Under the pieces are notes generated by a model. The model worked only from the letters and a program-made list of their open reading frames with translations. It was not told where the DNA came from and did no database searches. A stretch of 64,000 nucleotides of DNA, from contig OZ244744.1 in NCBI GenBank assembly GCA_965219455.1, positions 3,680,001 through 3,744,000 on the forward strand. Direction: 5' to 3'. Below are positions 30,213 through 38,522 of the stretch, piece after piece (the stretch's first letter is position 1; each line of letters opens with the position of its first letter). This DNA is from Candidatus Latescibacterota bacterium. Lineage in GTDB: Bacteria > Latescibacterota > UBA2968 > GCA-2709665. The position numbers were made by a program, and so were the translations under genes.

Positions 30213-32651
30213 ATGGAAGCTAACCTAATGAACCATAGATTCTCTTTAATGGCTGGTATTCCGGGGTTGATTGGCTGTATTGCCGCGTTTTTGTACGTCC
30301 CCTGTCCTGGCGACGCGTACGCGCAGCAAAACCAGACCCCATTCCCGCCGAACATGGGTCCTGATCTTCGAAAATGGCAACTGCCCGGCGGCGCAATGAT
30401 CCGCCTGGGAAAAGGACACCTTCCGTTACGCAAGAACCCGTTTGCCTTTTCAACGGACGGCCGGATCCTCGCAGTGGCAAGCAGCATCGGCATCTGGCTC
30501 TACGATGTAACGACCTTTCGTCCTCGTGCCCTGTTACCCACTGCGTTCAAAGCAGAATCTGTGTCTATCGCTCCGGACGGAACGGCCGTTGCTGCCGGGG
30601 AGGGCAGAACCGTCAAGATTTGGGACGTGGCGACAGGAGATCATTTCGCCTCCTACGTGCATCTGGTCCCGGTTGCTTCGGTGTCGTTTTCGCCCGATTG
30701 GTTGACCTTCGCGTCGGCGGTGGACGTAACCGCGAAAATATGGGACGTAGCGAGCGGGAAACAGATCGCTTCGTTTGAGCATCCGAGCCTGGTCAATTCG
30801 GTGTTGTATTCTCCCGTTGGGACAATTCTCGCGACAAGGGAGTACTTTACTGTGAGGCTGTGGGATGTGGCGACTGGAAAGCAGAAAGCCACTCTCGAGC
30901 ATCCGCGAGCTGTCACTTCGGTGTCGTTTTCTCCCGATGGCGCGATCGTGGCCACGGTTGGGTACGATTCGAAGATCAGGCTGTGGGACGTGGCGACAGG
31001 GCAACAGACCGGCACCCTTGGAAACTCGTCAGCGGTCGCCTATGCGTCGTTTTCTCCCGATGGATTGACACTTGCTGCAGGCACATATAGCAGCAACGTC
31101 GTTCTTTGGGACGTTGCGTCAGGGAGCGAAATCGACACGCTTGAGCATCTGACCACAGTACCGTCGTTCCTGTTCAACGCGGTTTTGTTTTCTCCCGACG
31201 GGTCCAGCCTTGCATCGGGAACTTCCGATGGCACGGTCAGGCTCTGGGACGTCGGGACGGGAGAATTCGAGACCATTGACGGGCACGTGCGGGTGGGTCA
31301 GTCCGTGTCGTTTTCTCCGGACGGGTCTACTCTCGCCATGGGATCGAGTGATGGCAAGGTCCGGCTGTGGAATGCAAAGACAGGGAGTACTGACACCATT
31401 GAGCCGCATCTGAGATCCGTCCAATCCGTGTCTTTTTCGCCAGATGGGACGACACTGGCTTCGGGGTCAGAGGAGCTGGCGGTCAAGCTCTGGGACGTGG
31501 CGACAAATGAACACGTTACCTCCTTTGTGGGACACAACGGATTCATTAATTCGGTGTCCTTTTCGCCCGACGGGGATGTCTTAGCTACCGGATCAGACGA
31601 CAAAACGGTCAAGCTGTGGGACGTGGAAACAGGAGGGCAGATCGCCAGCTTTGAATGGCATACAAGAACCGTCAATTCGGTGTCGTTCTCGCCTGATGGG
31701 GCGATCGTCGCTTCCGCGTCAGACGATGAGACGGTCAAGCTGTGGGACGTGGCGGAAAAAAAGCAGATCACCACGCTCGACGCGCATACTTCCCTGGTCC
31801 TTTCGGTGTCGTTCTCGCCCGATGGGAACATCCTCGCTTCCGCGTCACGCGATAGAACGGTCAGGCTATGGGATGTGGCAACGGGAGAACAGATTGCTAG
31901 ATTTGTGCATACTGGACCCCGCGAGTCCGGACCGATCCAGAGCCCGACCGTCGCGTTTTCGCCGAATGGCGCTGTTCTTGCTTCCGGTTCAGGTGGAGGT
32001 ACCGTCAGGCTGTGGAACACGACGACAAGAAAAGAGATAGCCACATTCTTCGGGCATACAAGGCAGGTCTCATCGGTTGCAGTTTCTCCTGACGGCACGA
32101 TCCTCGCTTCGGGGTCTCTGGATGGCACGGTTCTGCTGTGGGATCTGACAAAATCCCAGCGGAGGCCCTACGAGTTGGTCAAAATTTCGGGCGACAAACA
32201 GAAAGGACCGATGGGTTCGGAATTGGAGAATCCGTTTGTCGTTATAGTACGAGATCAATTTGGAGATCCGTTGTCTCGAGCACAGGTCAGGTTTACAGTT
32301 ATCTCAGGAAGTGGCACCCTTGCTGTTGAGCACACGTTGACAGGATCGGAAGGCCGTGCAACGAGCAGGCTGACGGTAGGACGAGAACTGGGCGCGACCA
32401 GCATTGAGGTAACCGTTGCAGGAACGCAACATTCCCTGACCTTTGTCGTAAGAGCGTTGCCTTCGCCCGACTTTGATGGTGACGGAAACGTCGGCTTTGC
32501 TGACTTTTTGAATTTTGTCAGCGTGTTCGGCCTGAATTGGGGCACCGTTGGGTACGATGTACTGTTCGATCTGGACGAGGATGGGACCATCGGGTTTGGC
32601 GATTTTCTGATCTTTGCCAACGCGTTTGGCAAAGAAGCTTCGTCCGGTTGA
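30213..32651 (+). CDS. Secreted WD40-repeat protein 4 with Big_1 and EF-hand tail
   Basis: Signal peptide ending DAYA-Q; WQLPGGAMIRLGKG; shares FEWHTRTVNSVSFSP and the ESGPI insertion with protein 3; start may be ATG 30228. Confidence 0.95.
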   Translation: MEANLMNHRFSLMAGIPGLIGCIAAFLYVPCPGDAYAQQNQTPFPPNMGPDLRKWQLPGGAMIRLGKGHLPLRKNPFAFSTDGRILAVASSIGIWLYDVTTFRPRALLPTAFKAESVSIAPDGTAVAAGEGRTVKIWDVATGDHFASYVHLVPVASVSFSPDWLTFASAVDVTAKIWDVASGKQIASFEHPSLVNSVLYSPVGTILATREYFTVRLWDVATGKQKATLEHPRAVTSVSFSPDGAIVATVGYDSKIRLWDVATGQQTGTLGNSSAVAYASFSPDGLTLAAGTYSSNVVLWDVASGSEIDTLEHLTTVPSFLFNAVLFSPDGSSLASGTSDGTVRLWDVGTGEFETIDGHVRVGQSVSFSPDGSTLAMGSSDGKVRLWNAKTGSTDTIEPHLRSVQSVSFSPDGTTLASGSEELAVKLWDVATNEHVTSFVGHNGFINSVSFSPDGDVLATGSDDKTVKLWDVETGGQIASFEWHTRTVNSVSFSPDGAIVASASDDETVKLWDVAEKKQITTLDAHTSLVLSVSFSPDGNILASASRDRTVRLWDVATGEQIARFVHTGPRESGPIQSPTVAFSPNGAVLASGSGGGTVRLWNTTTRKEIATFFGHTRQVSSVAVSPDGTILASGSLDGTVLLWDLTKSQRRPYELVKISGDKQKGPMGSELENPFVVIVRDQFGDPLSRAQVRFTVISGSGTLAVEHTLTGSEGRATSRLTVGRELGATSIEVTVAGTQHSLTFVVRALPSPDFDGDGNVGFADFLNFVSVFGLNWGTVGYDVLFDLDEDGTIGFGDFLIFANAFGKEASSG

Positions 32652-32786
32652 TCCGTGGATCGTACACCCAGCCGGAAAGATAAAGGGAACTGAAACTCGA
32701 TCGACACCTTCGGACGCATCAGTAACCGACCAGATCCGACAGCTGTTATAACAACGAATGGCACCCTACCAAATCTCGAATCTAAA

Positions 32787-34862
32787 ATGAAAAAGCTCAG
32801 CTTGTTTAACATCGCACTGTTATTTGCCTGTGTCGCGTTCGCGCAAGCCAGTTTTGCGCAGGACTATATTCGATGGAGTTTGCCCGATGGCGCAATCGCC
32901 CGCTTGGGAAAAGGAAGCGTTGGTGGCGGTGACAGAGCGGTGTCGTATTCACCCGATGGCACGCGCCTTGCCGTGGGTAGTAGCGCCGGAATCTGGCTTT
33001 ACGACGCTCGTACAGGAACCGAAGACACCCTTTTTTCGGACCATGGGCATTGGATCAGTTCTCTTTCATATTCGCCCGACGGAACCTCGGTTGCTACGGA
33101 TGGCGATTATTCCGTGCTTACCTGGGACGTGGTGACAGGAGAAATTACCGCTGTATATGAAGGTCATGAGTATTGGGTCACTTCGGTGTCATATTCGCCG
33201 GATGGAACCAATATCGCATCCGGATCGGCTGATAACACGGCGCGAGTCTGGGACGTAGACACTGGAGAAAACACCGCCATCTTTGGTGGACACGCAGGTC
33301 GGATCACTTCGGTGGCATATTCGCCAAATGGAACCGCCATCGCAACGGGTTCTTGGGATGGAGTGGTGCGGACCTGGGATATAGAGACTGGAGTGAATGC
33401 CGCCACACTTGAAGGGCATCTGAGTAGGATCACTTCGGTAGCGTATTCACCTGATGGTACAACCGTCGCTGCGGGATCCAGGGAAGGAGCGGTACGTGTG
33501 TGGGACCTGAACACAAAGTCTATTTCAGCGACCTTTGGTTGGTTATCTCCCGTTACGACTGTGACGTATTCGCCTGATGGTACGAAGATCGCTTACGGGG
33601 TGGGGTACAGAGTGGCGATCTGGGACTCCGCGATTCGCGGATTTCTCGCCAGCCGGACATTGGGGTATACAGATGGGCACGTCCGTTCTTTAGCCTATTC
33701 ACCAGATGGGACTACCGTCGCTGCCGGGTCCGGGGACGGTACGGTGAGGATCTGGCACATAGCGACAGGAGCAAGAATCAGCATTCGCGGAGGACATTTT
33801 CCGTGGGTCACTACTCTGGCGTATTCGCCGGATGGTACCGCGCTGGCATCCGGGTATATTGATGGAAGGGTGCGTATCTGGGACGTTGTGACAGGAACAG
33901 ATCCCAGGACGCTTGGAGCCTATGTACGATCCGTCACATCTCTGGCATATTCGCCGGATGGGAGAAACTTCGCATGCGGATTGGCGGAGAATGGTACGGT
34001 GCAGATCTGGGATGCAGGCACAGGAGAAAATATCGCCATTCTCAAAGGTCACAAGGCCAGGGTCAGGGCGGTAGCGTATTCGCCGGAGGGGACCGTGTTG
34101 GCTTCCGGATCCAATGATGGTACGGTGCGTGTGTGGGACGTATCCAACAATTCAAATATCGGCGTACTTGAGGGTCATACGGGTAATGTCCATGCGGTGG
34201 CGTTTTCGCCGGACGGAACCGTCCTGGCTTCCGGGTCTGAGGATAAGACGGTACGATTGTGGGACGCAGCCAACAGAGTAACTGCCGGAATCCTTGAAGG
34301 GCATATCGGCGGAGTGAATTCCGTGACGTTTTCGCCGGAAGGGAGCTTGCTTGCTGTTGGGTGTAACGATAAGACGGTGCGTCTGTGGGACGTAGCCGCT
34401 GGCAGTATGTTGGCAGAGTTCGAAGGGCATGCGGGTGGCGTCGCTTCGGTGTCGTTTTCGCCCGATGCTAAGACTCTTGCTTCCGGATCTGGTGATAACA
34501 CGGTGCGTTTGTGGAACATAACCAATGGTGAGCTCATCGCTATTCTTGGAGGGCATACTTGGCATGTTACTTCGGTGACGTTTTCGCCCGATGGGAAAAC
34601 TTTTGCTTCCGGTTCAGCGGATGGCACGATACTGCTTTGGGATATGTCGCAGTACATCTCGCCTCCACCACCCAACCCCGATTTCAATGGCGATGGCGTG
34701 GTCGGATTTGGCGATTTCGTGCAGTTTGCTGCAACGTTCGGATTCAGTCAGGGCGATGCAGGATACGACACTCGGTTCGACCTGGACGGAGACGGCACGA
34801 TCGGCTTTGGAGATTTTTTGTTATTTGCCGATGCTTTCGGAAGCGAACCGTCATCAAATTGA
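32787..34862 (+). CDS. Secreted WD40-repeat protein 5 with EF-hand tail (no Big_1)
   Basis: MKK signal peptide ending SFA-Q; WSLPDGAIARLGKG; YSPDG-type repeats followed by FSPDG-type repeats; EF-hand tail. Confidence 0.95.
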   Translation: MKKLSLFNIALLFACVAFAQASFAQDYIRWSLPDGAIARLGKGSVGGGDRAVSYSPDGTRLAVGSSAGIWLYDARTGTEDTLFSDHGHWISSLSYSPDGTSVATDGDYSVLTWDVVTGEITAVYEGHEYWVTSVSYSPDGTNIASGSADNTARVWDVDTGENTAIFGGHAGRITSVAYSPNGTAIATGSWDGVVRTWDIETGVNAATLEGHLSRITSVAYSPDGTTVAAGSREGAVRVWDLNTKSISATFGWLSPVTTVTYSPDGTKIAYGVGYRVAIWDSAIRGFLASRTLGYTDGHVRSLAYSPDGTTVAAGSGDGTVRIWHIATGARISIRGGHFPWVTTLAYSPDGTALASGYIDGRVRIWDVVTGTDPRTLGAYVRSVTSLAYSPDGRNFACGLAENGTVQIWDAGTGENIAILKGHKARVRAVAYSPEGTVLASGSNDGTVRVWDVSNNSNIGVLEGHTGNVHAVAFSPDGTVLASGSEDKTVRLWDAANRVTAGILEGHIGGVNSVTFSPEGSLLAVGCNDKTVRLWDVAAGSMLAEFEGHAGGVASVSFSPDAKTLASGSGDNTVRLWNITNGELIAILGGHTWHVTSVTFSPDGKTFASGSADGTILLWDMSQYISPPPPNPDFNGDGVVGFGDFVQFAATFGFSQGDAGYDTRFDLDGDGTIGFGDFLLFADAFGSEPSSN

Positions 34863-34941
34863 CTGCCTGTCATTACGGATATGTGTGCGCATGCTTGCGC
34901 TCGATTGCCCCAGGTTCCCTTTACCCAAACTCGATTCCCTC

Positions 34942-36888
34942 ATGAAAAAGCGCCGTTTTATAGATATGGGTTTGTGTGTGGCCTGCGTTTTATTCGTGCA
35001 GGACAGCGTTGCGCAGGACTATATTCGATGGAGTTTGCCCGATGGCGCAATCGCTCGCCTGGGAAAAGGAGCCAACGCTCCTGGCGAGCGGTCAGTCGTG
35101 TTTTCACCCGATGGAACACGTTTAGCTGTGGGCAGCAGTGCCGGTATCTGGCTTTATAATGCCCGCACAGGTACCGAAACTGCCCTGTTCCGCGGGGGTG
35201 GCTGGGTCATTTCGGTATCGTTTTCGCCGGATGGCGCCACCCTGGCTTCCAGTTACTCTGATGGGACGGTCCGTTTGTGGGATGTATCCGCTGAGACGAC
35301 CACCACCATTCTGCGCGGACATACGGGAACAGTTTATTCGGTGTCGTTTTCGCCTGACGGAACCACACTCGCCACCGGATCCCGGGATAAGACCGTGAGA
35401 CTGTGGGACGTGTCCACGGGTGCAAACATCGCCATCTTCCAGGGCCACGCGGACGAGGTCCTTTCGGTGTCATTCTCGCCGGATGGGTCCGCAATTGCTT
35501 CCGGTTCCATAGACAGGACGGTGCGTTTGTGGGATGTGTCCACGGGAGAAAACACCGCCATTCTCCTGGGGCACACGAGTCGGGTCCATTCGGTTTCGTT
35601 TTCCCCGGACGGGACCACGCTCGCCACCGGGTCTCGTGACAGGTCAGTGCGTTTGTGGGACGTAGCTGCGGGAACAAACACCGCCACACTTCGGGGGCAC
35701 AGGGGATATGTCCTTTCGGTGTCGTTTTCGCCGGACGGGGGCACTGTCGCTTCCGGCGCCCTGGATGGCAGCGTGGTTTTGTGGGACGTAGCCTTGGAAA
35801 CAGACACCGCACGTCTTTGGGGGCACAGGGGATATGTCCTTTCGGTGTCGTTTTCGCCGGATGGAGGGGTTGTCGCTTCCGGCGCCACGGATGGCACGGT
35901 GCGTCTGTGGGACGTCGACACGGGAACCGCAAATTCGATATTGCAAGGGCACAGCCGTGGAGTCCTTGCCGTGTCGCTTTCTCAAGACGGGAAGACTCTG
36001 GCTTCCGGAGCGTGGGACAGCAATGTACGCCTATGGGACGTAACCACGGGTGATGTGACCGCCATTCTTGAAGGGCATAAACACGAAGTATCTTGTGTGT
36101 TGTTTTCGCCGGACGGGAAGACCCTGGCTTCCGGCGCCTTCGACGGTACCGTAAGATTGTGGGACGTATCCACGGGCGCCACCACAGCCATACTGGAAGG
36201 ACATATCGCGTATATCAGATCGGCGTCGTTTTCGCCGGACGGGAAGACCCTGGCTTCCGGATCCTATGACAGTTCGGTGCGTTTGTGGGATGTCTCCACT
36301 GGCGAAACGACGGCCATCCTTGAAGTGCAGGGAGAGGTTGTCACCGCAGTATCGTTTTCGCCGGACGGGACTGCTATTGCGTCTGGCTCCGGGATTGGCA
36401 CGGTGCGTTCATGGGACGTGGCCACGGGAGCCAGGATCGCTACAATCGAAAGTCAACGCGGCTCAATCTCTTCCCTTGCTTTTGTCGGGGACGAAAACAT
36501 CCTCGCTGCCGGGTCAGGTGACGGGACGTTACGGCTGTTTGACCTCGCCAATGGAGCAATGATCGCCAACCTTGACGGGCACACGTCGGGGGTCACTTCG
36601 GTGTCATACTCGCCAGAGTTGTCGGTTCTCGCTTCCGGATCCGGAGATGGCACGATTCTGCTGTGGGATACGTTGCCCTATACCGCTCCTCAAACCGCTG
36701 GTCCCGATTTTGACGGAAATGGAACCGTTGATTTTGCCGATTTTGTGGCGTTTGCCGCCGCATTTGGGCTAAGTCATGGCGATTCGGGATTCGATCCGCT
36801 ATACGATCTGGACGAGGATGGGACCATCGGGTTTGGCGATTTTCTGATCTTTGCCAACGCGTTTGGCAAAGAAGCGACATCAACTTGA
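34942..36888 (+). CDS. Secreted WD40-repeat protein 6 with EF-hand tail (no Big_1)
   Basis: Start reassigned to MKKRRF (ATG 34942) by analogy with proteins 2 and 5; WSLPDGAIARLGKG; near-identical internal repeats; EF-hand tail. Confidence 0.93.
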   Translation: MKKRRFIDMGLCVACVLFVQDSVAQDYIRWSLPDGAIARLGKGANAPGERSVVFSPDGTRLAVGSSAGIWLYNARTGTETALFRGGGWVISVSFSPDGATLASSYSDGTVRLWDVSAETTTTILRGHTGTVYSVSFSPDGTTLATGSRDKTVRLWDVSTGANIAIFQGHADEVLSVSFSPDGSAIASGSIDRTVRLWDVSTGENTAILLGHTSRVHSVSFSPDGTTLATGSRDRSVRLWDVAAGTNTATLRGHRGYVLSVSFSPDGGTVASGALDGSVVLWDVALETDTARLWGHRGYVLSVSFSPDGGVVASGATDGTVRLWDVDTGTANSILQGHSRGVLAVSLSQDGKTLASGAWDSNVRLWDVTTGDVTAILEGHKHEVSCVLFSPDGKTLASGAFDGTVRLWDVSTGATTAILEGHIAYIRSASFSPDGKTLASGSYDSSVRLWDVSTGETTAILEVQGEVVTAVSFSPDGTAIASGSGIGTVRSWDVATGARIATIESQRGSISSLAFVGDENILAAGSGDGTLRLFDLANGAMIANLDGHTSGVTSVSYSPELSVLASGSGDGTILLWDTLPYTAPQTAGPDFDGNGTVDFADFVAFAAAFGLSHGDSGFDPLYDLDEDGTIGFGDFLIFANAFGKEATST

Positions 36889-36971
36889 CATGCCTCCTCG
36901 ATTCGGGTTTCCACAAACACGGCGCGTCCAGAATGGGGGCCGCGATCGATGACAGCGGCGACCCTGCCGGA

Positions 36972-38273
36972 TTAAGGACCGCCCTTGCGCGTTACCGTCA
37001 CTTCGTAGGTGCCCGTTGTGACCCCGTCCTCAGCCGTCACGCGGATTGCCAACCTGTTCCTGCCGGCCTGCAGCCCGTCGAATGTCACCGACCTGCGCGT
37101 CGTGCCATCCATCGTGAGGCTCATCCCGGTGTTTCCAACCAATAGTGGTGTCCCGTCCGGGGCAGTACCGCTTTGTTTGTGTGTCATGCTGGATGGATTG
37201 GAAATGGTGATTGTAACCGTTGCGGCAGTCGCTGCGACAGTTGCCTGGTACGAGCTCGTGTTTCGGTCAAAGGCCGGGCGCATTATGGACTTTTCCGCCG
37301 TCACCCCGAAAAAGCCGGCCTTACCCTCCGCCAGCGCCAGGCCCGTGAGTTTGGTGTCTCGGCTCGGCGCAATTCGGGTCAGTGTGACGTTGTATCGCTC
37401 CGTCGCCTTTCCATCTTCGGCAGTGGCCGCAATCTCCAGGGTATTCCGACCCACGGTAAGGCCGGAGACGTTCATCCTGTCCACCACCAGGGAGGATCCG
37501 TCCGCCGCAGTTCCCCGTAGCCGGACCATCGTCGCCGGTTCTTTCCTCCTGACGGTTACCTCGAAACCGGTTGTCGCGTACGGGACGGCTGCCTGGTAGG
37601 TCTTCGTATTCGGCTCAAACGTCGGTGTGAGGTCGCTCTTCGAGAGCGCCAGCGCAGTCAGCGCGGCGTCGCTTCCAGGCGTTGTTGCTCGTGTGACCGA
37701 AACGTCGTAGGTCACGGTAGTCTTCGCTTTCCTCCGTCCCTGCTCCACCTCAAACTGAATCGCGTTTCCGCCCGGTCCAAGTCCGCCGAAGGACAGGATG
37801 GTCCACCGCTTTGAACGCCTCATGCCGGACCAGGCATTGTGTTCAAGCTTCTTGCCGTCCGACGTCTTACGCCGTTTCACCTTGACTTTCGACCGACTCT
37901 GGTAATAAAGGACCAACGTGACGCCCGTGGCGCTGTATGGGGCGGAGACGGTATAGGACGTTGTCCCGTCAACGCGACCCGTGGGCAGTACCGGCAGGTC
38001 CAACGGCAGCGACTTCGGCTTCTCAGAGAGAAAACCGAGATGCGCCCCAACGGAATCCACAACCTCGGCCGCAACCGGCCGCGCCAGCCCGAAAAGCGAT
38101 GCGGCAGAAATCAGCAAAGGCACGAACAGGGAGCTAAGGAGCCGGTCCCATTTCAAGGCGCTTCCGCGTGACGTCGCGCTATCTGTTGATTCAGCGCCTT
38201 TGGTCGACTCGCCTTGCGCGTCCTTGGCTTGGAAAATGGACGAAGCCTGGTCTTCTCGTAATTGGAATGACAT
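36972..38273 (-). CDS. Exported protein with cadherin-like beta-sandwich domains
   Basis: Three units with L.P.F...T.SY.A.V, G.N...I.VTAEDG..T..Y.V.VTR; hydrophobic signal-like segment ending PVAA; start uncertain. Confidence 0.85.
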   Translation of the reverse strand: MSFQLREDQASSIFQAKDAQGESTKGAESTDSATSRGSALKWDRLLSSLFVPLLISAASLFGLARPVAAEVVDSVGAHLGFLSEKPKSLPLDLPVLPTGRVDGTTSYTVSAPYSATGVTLVLYYQSRSKVKVKRRKTSDGKKLEHNAWSGMRRSKRWTILSFGGLGPGGNAIQFEVEQGRRKAKTTVTYDVSVTRATTPGSDAALTALALSKSDLTPTFEPNTKTYQAAVPYATTGFEVTVRRKEPATMVRLRGTAADGSSLVVDRMNVSGLTVGRNTLEIAATAEDGKATERYNVTLTRIAPSRDTKLTGLALAEGKAGFFGVTAEKSIMRPAFDRNTSSYQATVAATAATVTITISNPSSMTHKQSGTAPDGTPLLVGNTGMSLTMDGTTRRSVTFDGLQAGRNRLAIRVTAEDGVTTGTYEVTVTRKGGP

Positions 38274-38522
38274 CGCTCTGCTCCTTTCGGAATGGGAATG
38301 CGCTCACGAATCTGCATATGCTGAGGCGCGGGATCGGTCAATCATGCGGGTTTTGTTATAGTGCCATACGTTCTCTGGTGAAATTACCCTGGAATAGTCT
38401 CTCCCGATTTTGTTTAATATATAAACTGGATGGAAAAAGGGAAATCGATATCGTCCTGATTCAGGATGAGCATCGTCTTTACGGAAACAAGACACTTTAT
38501 CGGCAATAATTGATACATCACG

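Noticed and set aside
34591-34941. N-terminal extension of WD40 gene 6 in the ORF track
   Set aside because: Overlaps the end of gene 5 in another frame; the MKK signal peptide starts at 34942
23005-36653. Long minus-strand ORFs rich in PSGEN and TSH motifs
   Set aside because: Antisense shadows of the FSPDG and LWDV codons in the WD40 repeats
22910-36888. Diversity-generating retroelement or shufflon acting on the WD40 genes
   Set aside because: No reverse transcriptase or invertase in the window, no non-coding template repeat, differences not adenine-specific, and all genes co-oriented
19918-36888. NACHT/STAND-WD40 (NLR-like) immune system formed by the AAA ATPase and the WD40 array
   Set aside because: The WD40 proteins carry signal peptides while the ATPase is cytoplasmic and stand-alone; proximity is better explained by a shared insertion hotspot
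19261-36971. Integron cassette array
   Set aside because: No integrase and no recurring attC (RYYYAAC...GTTRRRY) palindromes recognised; spacer similarity is explained by duplication
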